Shown one piece after another: positions 1 through 11,040 of a DNA stretch of 64,000 nt (positions are counted from its first letter, which is position 1; every line of letters starts with the position of its first letter). A program made the position numbers and the translations under genes. The notes beneath the pieces are model-generated. The model ran no database searches. It was given only the letters and a program-made list of their open reading frames with translations, and was not told the origin of the DNA. The DNA comes from Pirellulales bacterium (GTDB taxonomy: Bacteria; Planctomycetota; Planctomycetia; Pirellulales; PNKZ01). The stretch spans positions 78,320 through 142,319 of the forward strand of contig JASGKB010000022.1 of NCBI GenBank assembly GCA_049840675.1, given 5' to 3'.

Positions 1-41
1 TTCGCTCGATAGCGCGGAGAAGCGCGAAGAAGGGGGCGGGA

Positions 42-401
42 ATGTCGGCCCGGAAAGATTTCTTTTATCTCAAAGGCCATGAGTCCGTGAAGAACTTGGA
101 GTATCTCAACTGGCGGGAGCTCTTGCACTTCGCCGGCGCCGTGCGCAGGCGCCGCGACCGCGTTCTGTCCGATCCCCTGAGCGTCGATGAGACGCAGCCC
201 AAACCGCCTAACGCCGATCCCACGAAACTATTCGGCGCCATCCATCGCGAAATGCTGGCCTGCCTCCGCGTCGCCGACTTGTGTCGTCAGCAATATGCCA
301 AAGGCGGGGCCGCCGCCGAGGGGGCAATTCGGACGGTTTGCGCACGTGCCGAGCAGGCCGTTCGCTCCATCTACGCCGCGGCCTCCGCTTCCTCTTCTTA
401 G
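42..401 (+). CDS. hypothetical protein (119 aa)
   Basis: Complete ATG ORF preceded by a G-rich stretch (gaagggggcggga). No motif I recognise. It ends 32 nt before the AAA+ gene and is co-oriented with it. Confidence 0.4.
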   Translation: MSARKDFFYLKGHESVKNLEYLNWRELLHFAGAVRRRRDRVLSDPLSVDETQPKPPNADPTKLFGAIHREMLACLRVADLCRQQYAKGGAAAEGAIRTVCARAEQAVRSIYAAASASSS

Positions 402-433
402 AACCCTGCCGACGCCCGAGCATCGACGCAACC

Positions 434-2871
434 ATGACGCACATCCATGTCACAGGCGACGCCTACCGAGCCATTTTTTACGTCCCTCGCGGGCGCATTT
501 TTTTGGAAGGTTTGACGACGGAGCATGCGCACGCGTATACGCTTCCGGTCGGCGTCGAATACATCGCTCGCGCGATCAAAGCGGCGAGCAGCCCGCAGGC
601 TCTATTAATGCTCCCTTCGACGCCGCCTCACGTCGACATTTCTCGGTCGTCATGGACCAAGAACGACCCCGTCTCGGACAAAATCCCAATCGCTTTGTAC
701 GAAGTCAACAACGAGGATCAAACGACCGACTTCGAAGGCGGCGCTCAGCCGGTGCTGAGGTTGTCGAATATGGAGACGCAGGCGGTCATCGCCGAAGGAT
801 ATCACGCTACGGACGACATCTGCGGAGACGGCCTGCTGCGTTTCGACGGCAAAGAGCAAGGAGAGCATGCAGTTCCTGCGGAGGCCGATGTCCTCGTGCA
901 TTGGCTAGGGGAACTTGCCGGCGATTCTGAGCCTCGGAAAGAGGCCTTTGACGCGGGTGCGCGACCATGCAAAGTTCATGTTCAGATCGGACTTGCCGCT
1001 CCGTTGGGCGAGGTCGTTAGCGACGCAATTCGGCCCGAACGTTTGGCCGCCCCGAGCTTAGCTCGCGTTCTGGTCGTCAACGTCGGCGAAATTAGTTCCG
1101 CGCATCGGGTCCGTCGCTCATTGTCGTACGAAGCCATTGCCGTGGACCTGCTCCGATTTTTGCGCGGAGACAACGCCAAGCCCGAGCTGAATTGCGAAGC
1201 GCTCGAATCGTTATCGATATATCCGACCGACGAGCGCCTGTCGGTGCTGGTGGTAAGGATCAACAGTTCGGCCGTATTCTTGTACGCTTGTCGATTGTCG
1301 AATATTGCCGAGAAAGACGTTCAAGAACATGCGTTGTTGCTTTGCCATAAGGATCAATGCGCCCCGTTGTCGCAAGCCGAATTGAGCCAGATGGCCGGCT
1401 ATACGGGCTTTGTTTCGGCTCAAATTGCGGCTTCTGTCGCCGCCCGTCTCACGGACTATCCCGATTCGAGCCCGAGTGAACTCTTCGAACCAATCGTCGC
1501 AGGCGTTCGACGCAGCTTGAGTTGGCAACGTACTTGGTATGACCGCGGCCTTCTACCGATGCTCTTAGCGAAGGACGGTCGGAAGTGGCGGCCGACATCG
1601 TCGAGCGTGAAGACCGAACAGACGGGTTACGAGACGATGTTTGCGGATATTGCCGGAACGTTGGAAAAACAGCGACGAGAGTTTGCCGGCGAAGCGCCCG
1701 TCCCCGACGCAGAGGCGCCGATCACTCGATTCGACGCGTTGATCAAACGCGACGTACTGTGCATTCCCGTGCAGATCAAGCGCGCCGTGGCGCACCGTAC
1801 GCAATGGTTTATGGCTCGTTCCGTAGCCGCGCACGGTGACGGCGACACAAAATTCGGTGAGACTGCCGAACTCGGCGATGACGAGCTTTCCAAACGCTTT
1901 CGTGAAGTCGCGCTCGGCTGGTTGAAAAACTCCTCCGCACAACCGCACAAGCTATCAATTCCGACCGTAATGATCGGTAACGCAGAGCTGACGGATCGAC
2001 GCGAGATTGAGGACTTTCTGGCGATTCATCAAGCTCTGACGGTATACGCGACTTCGCACGAATCGAAGCCGCTGAACATCGCTGTGTTCGGGGCGCCGGC
2101 GCCGGCAAGTCGTTTGCCGTCAAAGAAGTTGTTCGGCATATCGCCGAAACCAAAAAGAACCGTTTCAAAGAAGAGCCGCTGACCTTTAATCTCGGTCAAT
2201 TTAAGTCGCTGGACGACTTGCCCGCCGCTCTGCACCTTGTGCGCAACGAATCGTTGTCCCGAGAAATTCCGATCGTGTTTTTCGACGAGTTTGATTCCAG
2301 CTTCAACGGCCAGCCGTTCGGCTGGCTCAAGTACTTCCTTGCCCCGATGCAAGACGGAGTCTTTTATCACGCCGGGCAAAATTACAAAATGGGCCGCGCC
2401 GTATTCGTCTTTGCCGGCGGCGTGAATCGTAGCTTCGAGGAACTCAACGGCCGCGTCCGCAATCCGGGTTTTTGCGAGGCCAAAGGCCCCGACTTCATCA
2501 GTCGCTTGAAAGCGCATCTTAACGTGCAGGGCATCAATAAACCGGATGAAGACGCGGATCAGTCTCGCTACATTCTCCGACGCGGCGTCTTGTTGCGAGA
2601 GATGGCGCGTCAGAAGCTGCAACTGAAGAAGGGGCGGCCCTATCAGGAATTGCTGCATCGCAGCGTCGCCGAAGCCTTGCTTGAAATCAATCGTTTCAAG
2701 CACGGCGTTCGCTCCTTAGAAGCGATCATCAAAATGTGTACCGCACGGCCCGGCCATCCGATCGGACCGTCCGACTTGCCTTCCATGGATCAGTTGGAGA
2801 TGCACGTCGATGCGGTGAAACTATTGGGACTGGTCGACAAGTACGCCAAGGCGAGCGCAGCAGTCCCGTAA
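434..2871 (+). CDS. AAA+ ATPase with ~550-aa N-terminal region of unknown function; reading frame broken inside the Walker A motif
   Basis: ORF 281..2182 (best start ATG 434, MTHIHVTG) ends ...KPLNIAVFGAPAPASR. Shifting one base in the run ggcgccggcgccggcaag (2092-2109) gives GAGAGKSFAVKEVVRHIAE. That frame runs into ORF 2218..2871, which has Walker B IPIVFFDEFD and LKYFLAPMQDG. Confidence 0.7.
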
Positions 2872-2953
2872 CAAACTTCGCAGGTCGAAAGCTTGAACTG
2901 CGCCGCATCTTGCCGCGCCAAGCCTCAACTTGGATTTACTAAATCCGCTCCTC

Positions 2954-4258
2954 TTAAGCCCGGAGTTGTGAGAGAGTTCCGGTGCTGTCGCCGTGGCGTT
3001 CGGCGTCGACGCCGACGCCTTGCAGCATCGTGAGCCAGGCGTTGCAGAGCGGCGTGTCTTTCGGCGCGACGATGTTTTCGCCGAGTTTCAGGCCTGCGCC
3101 GCCGCCGCCGGTGACGATCGTCGGGCAGTTCGTCAGGTCGTGGCCCGAGCGAATGTTGCTGCCGTAGGCGAGCGCGACGTGGTCGAAGAGTCGACTGCCG
3201 TCGGCTTCTTTCGTCGCTTTGAGCCGGTCGATGAGGCCGGCCAGAAGTTCGCTTTGCGTCCGATCGCGCAACTGCGACGCCAAGAGCTTGTCGCCGCGCG
3301 TGGCATGATAGTGGCTCATGTCATGCGGAAACACGCTGCAACCGACGCTGGTCAACAGCGTGGCGACCGGCTGTCGATACGTGATCACGCGCGTGGCGTC
3401 GGTTTGAAACGCCGCGACCATCAGATCGTACATAAGCTTGATTTCTTCACGCCCTTCGAGGCCCGGGGTAGGGGCGCTGAACGGCGCTTTCGGCGGTTCG
3501 ACGCCGAGCCATTGCTCGTCTTTGCTCAACCGGGTTTCAATGCTGCGAATGCCTTCGAAATATTCTTCCAACTTCGCATCGTCTTGCTTGGCGAGCCCCC
3601 GACGCAGCGACTTGGCGTTGTCGAGCACGGCGTCGAGCACGCTCCGCCGTTCGGCCAGCATGGCTTTTTGTCGTTCGAGCGAAGCATCCGGTTTCGAGAA
3701 CAAGCGGTGATACGCGGCGACCGGACCGTCGAGCCCGCCGATCGGTTTACCGCCGGCGTCCCAGGCGAGCGAAAGCCCGACGCCGTGGCCCGAGCGATCC
3801 CCCTTCTCGCTATGGTTGAATTGCAGCGAGGCATAGCGCGTCTGAATGCCGAACTGCGTCGCGGCGACTTGATCGGCCGAGATCGTATTGCAAAAGCTCT
3901 GTCCCGCTTGAGCATACGGATTAGCCCCGGTGAGCCACCACGTGCTGCCGGCGTGCCCTTCGTTCGAGAACTTATTGCAGAGTCCTTGCACGATCGAGAA
4001 ATCGGCTTTGTGCCGCGCCAGCGGCTTGAGGCCTTCAGGCAGCACGTAATCTTTGCCCGGTGTTTTGATGTCGGGATACCACGATTCTTCCGTCACGCCC
4101 CAACCGAAGCCGAGAAAGACGATGCGCTTCGGCGGCGTCGCCGCCGTTGCAGCGGCCGAGGCAAAGCGACGGAAGCCGAGCGATTCCAGAAACGGCAGCG
4201 CGATCAGGGCCGTGCTGCTTTCTAGGAAGCGGCGACGCGTGGAACGGGCGACGGACAT
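2954..4258 (-). CDS. DUF1552 domain-containing protein (Tat-type signal)
   Basis: From ATG 4258 the protein starts MSVARSTRRRFLESSTALIALPFLESLG (twin-arginine signal). Length and sequence are typical of the DUF1552 family, which follows DUF1592 genes in Planctomycetota. The ORF-track start at 4336 is a 5' over-extension. Confidence 0.85.
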   Translation of the reverse strand: MSVARSTRRRFLESSTALIALPFLESLGFRRFASAAATAATPPKRIVFLGFGWGVTEESWYPDIKTPGKDYVLPEGLKPLARHKADFSIVQGLCNKFSNEGHAGSTWWLTGANPYAQAGQSFCNTISADQVAATQFGIQTRYASLQFNHSEKGDRSGHGVGLSLAWDAGGKPIGGLDGPVAAYHRLFSKPDASLERQKAMLAERRSVLDAVLDNAKSLRRGLAKQDDAKLEEYFEGIRSIETRLSKDEQWLGVEPPKAPFSAPTPGLEGREEIKLMYDLMVAAFQTDATRVITYRQPVATLLTSVGCSVFPHDMSHYHATRGDKLLASQLRDRTQSELLAGLIDRLKATKEADGSRLFDHVALAYGSNIRSGHDLTNCPTIVTGGGGAGLKLGENIVAPKDTPLCNAWLTMLQGVGVDAERHGDSTGTLSQLRA

Positions 4259-4277
4259 ATTCGAATCCTCGATGCGG

Positions 4278-6999
4278 CTACTTGCGGTGAAAAGCTTCGC
4301 TGCGAACCAACGTTTCGACAAACTCTCGGACGGCAAACTTCTTCTCGCCGGCCGTGCGAACCATGTCCTCGATCAACGGTTCGTCCGCGAAACCGACGGG
4401 TCGACCCAGCGCGTACGCCGCGAGCGCTTCGCTGAAGCCTCGCGCAAACTGGGAATCGCGCGCGGCGACGACGTCGCGCAGTTCGAAGAAGTTCTTGAAC
4501 GACGGACCGCCGTAGAGGGCCGACGCCGGATCGATCGTCCAAGTCTTCAAGAGTTTTTTGTCCGGCTTACCGTCGGCGGTCAGGCCTTGGAAACTATCTT
4601 CCGTGCGCCAAGCGCCGACGGCATCGAAGTTCTCCAGCCCAAAGCCGATCGGATCGATCTTGCGATGGCAGCTCGCGCATTGCGGTTCTTCTTGATGGGC
4701 CTGCATCCGTTCGCGCGTGGTGAGCGCCTTGCCGGCGAGCCGCGCGAGTTGCGGAACGTTCGGCGGAGCGGGGGGCGGCGGATCGTTCAAGAGTTTGCGG
4801 AGCACCCAAGCGCCTCGTTCGACCGGACTGGAGTGGTCGCCGTTGCCTCCCATCAGATGCACGGCGGCCATGCCCAAGAGCCCGCCGCGCGGCGAATCGG
4901 GCGGAAGCGCAACCTTGCGAAAATCGTCGCCGTGAACGCCTGTGATGCCGTAATAGTCGGCCAGCGTGCCGTTGACGACGGCGTAGTCGGCCTTCAGCAG
5001 GTCGCCGAGCCCGGAATTTGTTTTCAGCAGATGCGCGACGGTCGCGTAAATCTCGTCGCGGGCTGCCAAGCGAGTGCCGTTGTCGAACCGCGGATGCCGC
5101 TCCAAGTTGATTTGAAAAAAGTCGAGCCGATCGAGCCCGAGCCATTGATAGGTGAATCCCTGTACGAATTCACGGCTGCGCGGATCGTCCAGCAGTCGCG
5201 TCGTCTGGCTCTTTAGAACCTCAGGCTGGGAAAGTTCGCCGCGGCGCACCAAGTCGAGCAGTTCGGCGTCAGGCGGAGCGCTCCAGAGAAAGTACGAGAG
5301 CCGGCAGGCGAGTTCTCGATCGTCGAGCATCGCGGAGGCCGTATCGTCGTGAGGTTCGGCCAAATAGAGAAACGCCGGCGACGCCAAGACGATCGCCAAC
5401 GTTTCCTTCAGTGCATCGCCGTGTTTGGCGCCGTCGCGACGGCGCGACGTCGTAGATCGCCGCCAAGCGCTGGACGTAGCCGGGCTCCGGTCGTACGTCG
5501 CGAAACGCGGCCGTGGCAAAACGCTCGATGGTCGTGCGAAGTTCCACGGCGTCCGTATGATCGGCGGCCAGAGCGATCGGCCCGAGCGCGGCGAGGCCCT
5601 GCGGTTTCGGCTTGCCGGTCGTCGGCACGCGCTCGATCTCCAACCAATCAACCCACAACGAAAACTTGCGGCCGATGTTGTTATTGGCCCGACGGCCCGC
5701 GTCGGCTTTGAGCCGCGTCTGCTGGAAGTGGTCGTGCGTCCCTTTTTCACGAAGAAACAACGAGCGATTCGCTCGTTCCCGATTGCCGCGCGTGAGCGTG
5801 AGCGGAAACTCGACGATCTGCGGCTCCCGCAAAGTGCCGCTGATTTCGTGCGTACTCATCGCCTGGCGAACGCGCGGGTTGATGCCGAACTCGATGAATC
5901 GGCGATCGGGTTCGGCGTCGTCGGTCGCGGCGGCGCGAAAGCGAACGACGTAGTCGCCGACCGGCCAACTGAAGGGGACCAGCAAATGCACGTTCGCCGT
6001 ATCGAGCACCGCCGGGTGTTCGTTGGGAATGGCCAAGTACGCACCGGCGTCGATCGCCGATTGTTCTAAGTAGTAGCGATGGTACGGCAAGTGAAACGGG
6101 TTCAACGCTCCGACGGCCTTATCGGCATTTTCTTCTACCGTTTGAAAGCCGAACGTTTCCGGAGCCGGAACGTTCGGAAACTTGCGCCAGTTGCGATAGA
6201 AAATGTGCTGATGATTGCCGAGCGGGCCGGCGCGAATCTCGGCGACGATCTTGGCGTTGTCCGACTTCGCGACTGCGTCGTCGACGAGCTTCGTCCAGTC
6301 GCGGCCGCGCTGCTGAGCGTCAATTTGATGATCGATATGCTTGCGGACCTTGGGCGTCACCTCTTCCGCTTCAACGCGGAACGTGCCGCGAAAGCCGGCG
6401 GCCGCCTCTCGTTCGAACGCTTCGTCGAGCGCTTCACGACCGAGCGTGAGATATTGCTCAAACTGCGTGTCGGACATGAAGAGGTCTTTGCCGCCCGTAT
6501 CGAAGCGGCCGCTGCCGGTGTCGGCAGGGAGTTCATTGACGTTGATTTCCACGCCGAGCAATTCTCGCAGCGTGTTGGAATACTCGCGGCGATTGAGCCG
6601 CCGCATCGTGATCACGCCGCGCTGATCGCCGAGCTTACGTCGCGCGGCAACGAGCGTATGTGCCAAGTCGTCGAGCAAATCGGCCTTGGCGGTCTTATCG
6701 AGTTGCGGCTCGTCCGGCGGCGGCATCTCGCCCGAGTTCAAGGCGTTGAGAATCTTTTGCCAGCGGGCCGCGGTTTCCAAGTCGGCGATTTCGCCGGGAA
6801 GGTCGTCAATGCGAAAATTGGCTTCGGCGTTCTTCGCGCCGTGGCAACTGCCGCAATGCCGTGTCAGCAACGGACGATGCTGATCCGGCACCGCAACGCG
6901 CGGCACTGCTTCGGCCCCGAATAACGCTGCGCCGCTACCGACGACGGCAAGGGGGATCAAAGCCGAACGAACGGCATGCTGGAACGAAAGTATCGACAT
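4278..6999 (-). CDS. DUF1592/DUF1588-family protein with N-terminal haem-c motif (PSD1-like); frameshifted
   Basis: ORF 5269..7236 (start ATG 6999, MSILSFQH, signal-like) has CGSCHG. ORF 4278..5750 has LASPAFLYL and [22 protein letters not shown]. The frames join at ~5441-5449 (...RLAAIYD / [16 protein letters not shown]...). Confidence 0.8.
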
Positions 7000-7246
7000 A
7001 GCGCAGGAAGATCGGCGAAGGCGGGACGACGACGCGAAGTCATCGCATGACAAGCGGCGGGATTGGGGGCCTGCGTTCGTCGAATGGATTTCGGAGAAAC
7101 GCGGGCGGCGAGGTAGTTCCAGAGTAGGGTCCGCTTTGAAGCGACGCAAGAGTGGGTTAGCCTCAGGTATTACGGCGAAAAATGGCGTCGCATACGGCAA
7201 AAAGTCGCATGATGTCTGCCTATTGTCGTCGGCCAAACAGGCCGAG

Positions 7247-8753
7247 CTACGCTCCGAGCAATTTCACGAATTTGCCGTAGGCTTCGTCCCACTGGGGCGT
7301 GTCGCGCGGCGTGTATTCTTCCACGCTGAAGCTGTCGCGGATCACTTCGCGGGCCTGCGCGATGTCGGCGGCCGCGCCACAGGCGATGGCCTGCATCATC
7401 ACGTTGCCCACGGCCGTCGCTTCGACCGGGCCTGCGACGACGCGCCGACCGCAGGCATCGGCCGCGGCTTGGCAAAGTTGCCGGTTTTGCACGCCGCCGC
7501 CGACGATGTGGATCGTCTCCAATCGACCGCCGACGAGTTGTTCGAGCTTGCCGAGCGTGTAGCGATACTTCAGCGCCAGGCTTTCGATCGCCGTGCGTAC
7601 GATCTCCCCTTCGCTCTGCGGAACCGTTTGACCGGTGCGACGGCAATACTCTTGAATCGCCTCCGGCATGCTCGCCGGCGCTTGGAATGCCGCGGCGTCG
7701 GGATCAATGAACGACACCAGCGGCTTGGCGGCGGCCGACATCCGATTCAAGGCTTCCCAACTGTATTCGCCCCCCGAGTACTGCACGCCGGCTTTCGACC
7801 AGATGCGCCGGCATTCTTGCACGATCCAGAGGCCGGTAATGTTTTTGAGCACGCGAATCGTGCCGCCGACGCCCCCTTCGTTCGTGAAGGTGAGCTGCCG
7901 ACAAAGATCGCTCATCACCGGCGCGGGCGTTTCCACGCCGATCAGGCTCCACGTGCCGCTGGAGATGTAGCACCAGTCGGGCCGCGCGCCGGGCGTACTT
8001 CGCGCAGGTACGGCCATCACGGCGCTGGCCGTATCGTGCGTGCCGGGCAATACGACGTCGATCGCCGGCAAGCCGGTTTCCGCACACACGCTCGTTTGCA
8101 ACTTGCCGAGCTTCGTACCCGGCTCGACGAGCGGAGCAAAGAGGTTCGTCGGCAGTTCGAGTTTCGCCAAGAGTTCGGTCGCCCAGGTGCGTTGCGCAGG
8201 ATTGAAAAATTGCGTCGTCGTGGCGTTGGTCACTTCGTTGGCTTTCACGCCCGTGAGCAGCCAATGAAAGAAGTCCGGCATCATCAAAAAGGTCTTGGCG
8301 GCCTCGAGCCACGGCGAGTTCTGCGCCTTCAAGCCCATCAGTTGATACAGCGTGTTGATCGGCATGAACTGCAGGCCGGTGTGCGCGAAGATCTCTTCGC
8401 GACCGAGTTGAGCGACGGCGCGGTCCATCATTCCTTCGGTCCGACGATCGCGATAAGACACCGGATTGCCGAGCAGGACGTCGTCGCGACCGAGCAGCGC
8501 GAAGTCGACCCCCCAGGTATCGACGCCGACGCTGCGAATGCGATCGCCGTATTTCGAACGGGCCGCGCAGGCCGGACTGAATGTGTTGCCACAGGCCGAG
8601 AACGTTCCATTGCAACGAGCCGTTGAGGTCGACGGCGCCGTTCTCGAAGCGATGCACTTCTTCGAGCCGCAGCCGGCGGCCGTCGAATAGCCCGGCCAGG
8701 ACGCGACCGCTGGAAGCTCCCAAATCGACGGCGAGGTAAGTCTGCTCGGGCAT
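7247..8753 (-). CDS. rhaB: FGGY-family carbohydrate kinase, rhamnulokinase-like; frameshifted
   Basis: The N-terminus MPEQTYLAVDLGASSGRV...EVHRFEN (ATG 8753, frame of ORF 7704..8810) continues after ~8564-8569 in the frame of ORF 7247..8461. That frame reads AARSKYGDRIRSVGVDTWGVDFALLG, GTHDTASAV, HIVGGG. Confidence 0.7.
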
Positions 8754-8950
8754 GGGCGGAGAGATCTTGGAAGGAATGGGGCGAGGACGCGAAGTTAGCC
8801 AACATCCCACTTGAGCCGACGGGGTGTGTCAAGCCTCAGCCACGAAACGACTTACGATCGTCATTAGGGTTGGCAGGCGAAAGCCGCAGAGTTTCTCCAG
8901 ACTGAAGAATCCGGCCTGAACCGGCCGATAATAGGCTGCGTAGACTATTG

Positions 8951-8979
8951 TTGACTTAGATTAGCAACATAAGTATCTT
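8951..8979 (+). promoter_or_regulatory. candidate sigma70-type promoter upstream of cysH
   Basis: TTGACT (8951-8956), 17-nt spacer, TATCTT (8974-8979) in an AT-richer intergenic stretch. An imperfect TGTTG...CAACA dyad overlaps the -35. Confidence 0.3.
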
Positions 8980-9013
8980 TCAAAGGCAACCGGACCTCCG
9001 AGAGCCGCCGCAG

Positions 9014-9895
9014 ATGACACCTCCCAGCCCGGCCAACAGATCAGCCGCTCCTTCCGCCGCTTCGATCGGTCCGCAACTACGTATTTACCACGGTCCGTCG
9101 GCCGACGAAGTTTCCGCACCGACACCGGCCGGCGCCTCTGCGGCGGCCCCGATGAATTCGAACACCGTGACTACGAAAACCGCTCCGGCCAACACGCCCG
9201 AATATCTGGCTTACCTCAAGGAGCAGAGCGACCGGCTCGAAACGGCGACGCCGCAGGAAATCCTGCAATGGGCCGTCGCCGAATACATGCCCAAGCTCAC
9301 GATGGCCACGGCCTTCGGGCCTGAAGGCATGGCGATCATTCATATGATCGCGGGCATTGATCGCACGGTGCCGATCTTCAATCTTGACACCGGATACCAG
9401 TTTCAAGAAACGCTCGATCTGAAGACGCGCGTGCTGGAGAAGTACGGCATCGACATCGAGTTGCGAAAGCCGGAAACGACCGTCGAAGAGTACGAACGCA
9501 CGCACGGCGGACCGCTCTATAAGACGAATCCCGACCAGTGCTGCATGGATCGTAAGATCAAGACGTTGGAACGGTCGGCCGTCGGCATGTGGGCCTGGAT
9601 GAGCGGCATTCGCCGCGATCAGAGCCCCGATCGCGCACGAGCGCCGATCGTCGGTTGGGACAAGAAATTCAATCTCGTGAAAATCAGTCCGCTGGCGAAT
9701 TGGACGAAGAAAGACGTTTGGAAACTGATCACCGAGCAAGACGTTCCGTACAATCCGCTGCACGACCAAGGCTACACGAGCATCGGTTGCTTTCCCTGCA
9801 CGCGCGCCGTGATGTTCGGCGAAGACGAACGGGCCGGTCGCTGGAGCGGCTTCGCCAAGAAAGAGTGCGGGCTTCACACGAGCGACGATAAGTAA
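9014..9895 (+). CDS. cysH: phosphoadenylyl/adenylyl-sulfate reductase (CysH, Fe-S type)
   Basis: PAPS-reductase core (TMATAFGPEGMAIIHM, SGIRRDQS) and C-terminal ECGLH. CC (DQCCMD) plus CxxC (GCFPCT) suggest the [4Fe-4S] APS-reductase subtype. An alternative start at ATG 9152 (MNSNTV) gives a more typical ~247 aa. Confidence 0.9.
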   Translation: MTPPSPANRSAAPSAASIGPQLRIYHGPSADEVSAPTPAGASAAAPMNSNTVTTKTAPANTPEYLAYLKEQSDRLETATPQEILQWAVAEYMPKLTMATAFGPEGMAIIHMIAGIDRTVPIFNLDTGYQFQETLDLKTRVLEKYGIDIELRKPETTVEEYERTHGGPLYKTNPDQCCMDRKIKTLERSAVGMWAWMSGIRRDQSPDRARAPIVGWDKKFNLVKISPLANWTKKDVWKLITEQDVPYNPLHDQGYTSIGCFPCTRAVMFGEDERAGRWSGFAKKECGLHTSDDK

Positions 9896-9910
9896 CGAAC
9901 GACGACCGCC

Positions 9911-10339
9911 ATGCGTATCTCCGCAAAAACCGAATACGCATGCATCGCCATGCTCGAGCTGACCGTGGCCTACAGCTCAGGCGAGCCGGTGCGCATTCGC
10001 AACATTGCCGAGGCGCACGGTATACCGTCGCGGTTTCTCGTGCAGATTTTGCTGCAGCTCAAAGGGGCGGGCTTCGTCGTCAGCACGCGCGGCGCCAGCG
10101 GCGGCTATCAATTGGCCAAAGCGCCCGACGAAATCACGCTCGGCGAAGTGATGCAAGTGATCGACGGCCAAGATGAAATCATTCGCTCCAGCACGAATTC
10201 CGACTCCGCGTCGGCCCGCGTCTTGGTCGCGGCCTGGAACGAAGTGGCCGAAACGGAGCGTGAAATGCTCTCTTCTCTGACGTTCTCCGAACTCGCCGCT
10301 CGCCAGCGCAAGCAGGCGGAGAACATGTATTACATCTAG
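9911..10339 (+). CDS. Rrf2-family transcriptional regulator (no Fe-S cysteine triad; CymR-like)
   Basis: MRISAKTEYACIAMLEL... and GASGGYQLAKAP are typical Rrf2 wHTH sequence. There is only one Cys in 142 aa. The gene starts 15 nt after the cysH stop. Confidence 0.85.
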   Translation: MRISAKTEYACIAMLELTVAYSSGEPVRIRNIAEAHGIPSRFLVQILLQLKGAGFVVSTRGASGGYQLAKAPDEITLGEVMQVIDGQDEIIRSSTNSDSASARVLVAAWNEVAETEREMLSSLTFSELAARQRKQAENMYYI

Positions 10340-10346
10340 AGCGAGC
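10253..10346 (+). repeat. direct repeat copy 1 (3' end of Rrf2 gene)
   Basis: 94 nt (acggagcgtgaaatgctc...tacatctagagcgagc) recur at 10948..11040 with 11 mismatches and 1 indel by my alignment. Confidence 0.85.
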
Positions 10347-10455
10347 GGGGGCATTGCAAAATCGGCTGCTAAAACCCCAATATCTCGTTGCCTATGGCGA
10401 AGTACCAAAATGTCGTGAACTGGGAATTCGTAAATTCGTGGCATCCGAGACTGCT

Positions 10456-10944
10456 ATGCCTATCAATTCATCATTCGCAAGAATCTCGATGAACGTCGCG
10501 ACCTGGGTCATTTTGATTTTTGCGATTCTCGTGCTGATGGTGGAGTTGATTGAAGGCGGGAATTGGTCGCTGCTCGGACAGAAACTAGCTCCTGAAACGA
10601 AGGATGTTGTTGACGCACAGTGCGACTACCTGACCTATTTGGCAACGCTAACCAGTGCCGTCGTTGCCGGTCTGCTTGCGCTCTTGGAATTTGGAGCCGC
10701 CGGCGAAGATTGGCGTCCTAGCGCACTCTTTTCGCTGTTCTTTCTTCTAACGGCGCTAGCGCTGATAACCTGCGGCTATGCAGTACGGATCGTCTGGATT
10801 ACCAAGGGAGGTGAGCTTGGAATGACGGCTCAGATTGTGGACGGCATCAATGGTCCGCTGACGGCAATTGTGTATTTGATCAGTCTATTCGGGCTTTTCT
10901 CACTCGCGCGAATTCGACTCCACGGATATCTGAACCGTGCTTAG
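10456..10944 (+). CDS. hypothetical integral membrane protein (~4 TM), low-GC
   Basis: ATG 10456 (MPINSSFARISMNVATWVILIFAILVLMV...) with four hydrophobic segments. It is visibly AT-richer than the flanks and lies exactly between the two repeat copies. The TTG start at 10354 in the track is less likely. Confidence 0.55.
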   Translation: MPINSSFARISMNVATWVILIFAILVLMVELIEGGNWSLLGQKLAPETKDVVDAQCDYLTYLATLTSAVVAGLLALLEFGAAGEDWRPSALFSLFFLLTALALITCGYAVRIVWITKGGELGMTAQIVDGINGPLTAIVYLISLFGLFSLARIRLHGYLNRA

Positions 10945-10947
10945 CTG

Positions 10948-11040
10948 ACGGAGCGTGAAATGCTCCACGCCCTGACGTTCGCCGAACTCGCCGCCCGCCA
11001 GCGCAAGCGGGCGGTGAATATGTATTACGTCTAAGCGAGC
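10948..11040 (+). repeat. direct repeat copy 2 (orphan diverged copy of Rrf2 3' end incl. stop)
   Basis: Encodes TEREMLHALTFAELAARQRKRAVNMYYV*, versus TEREMLSSLTFSELAARQRKQAENMYYI* in the intact gene. It starts 3 nt after the stop of the membrane ORF. Confidence 0.85.

Noticed and set aside
2993-5216. Long plus-strand ORFs 2993..4225 and 4053..5216
   Set aside because: They are antisense to the DUF1552 and DUF1592 genes. Their composition is Arg-rich and they contain no motifs.
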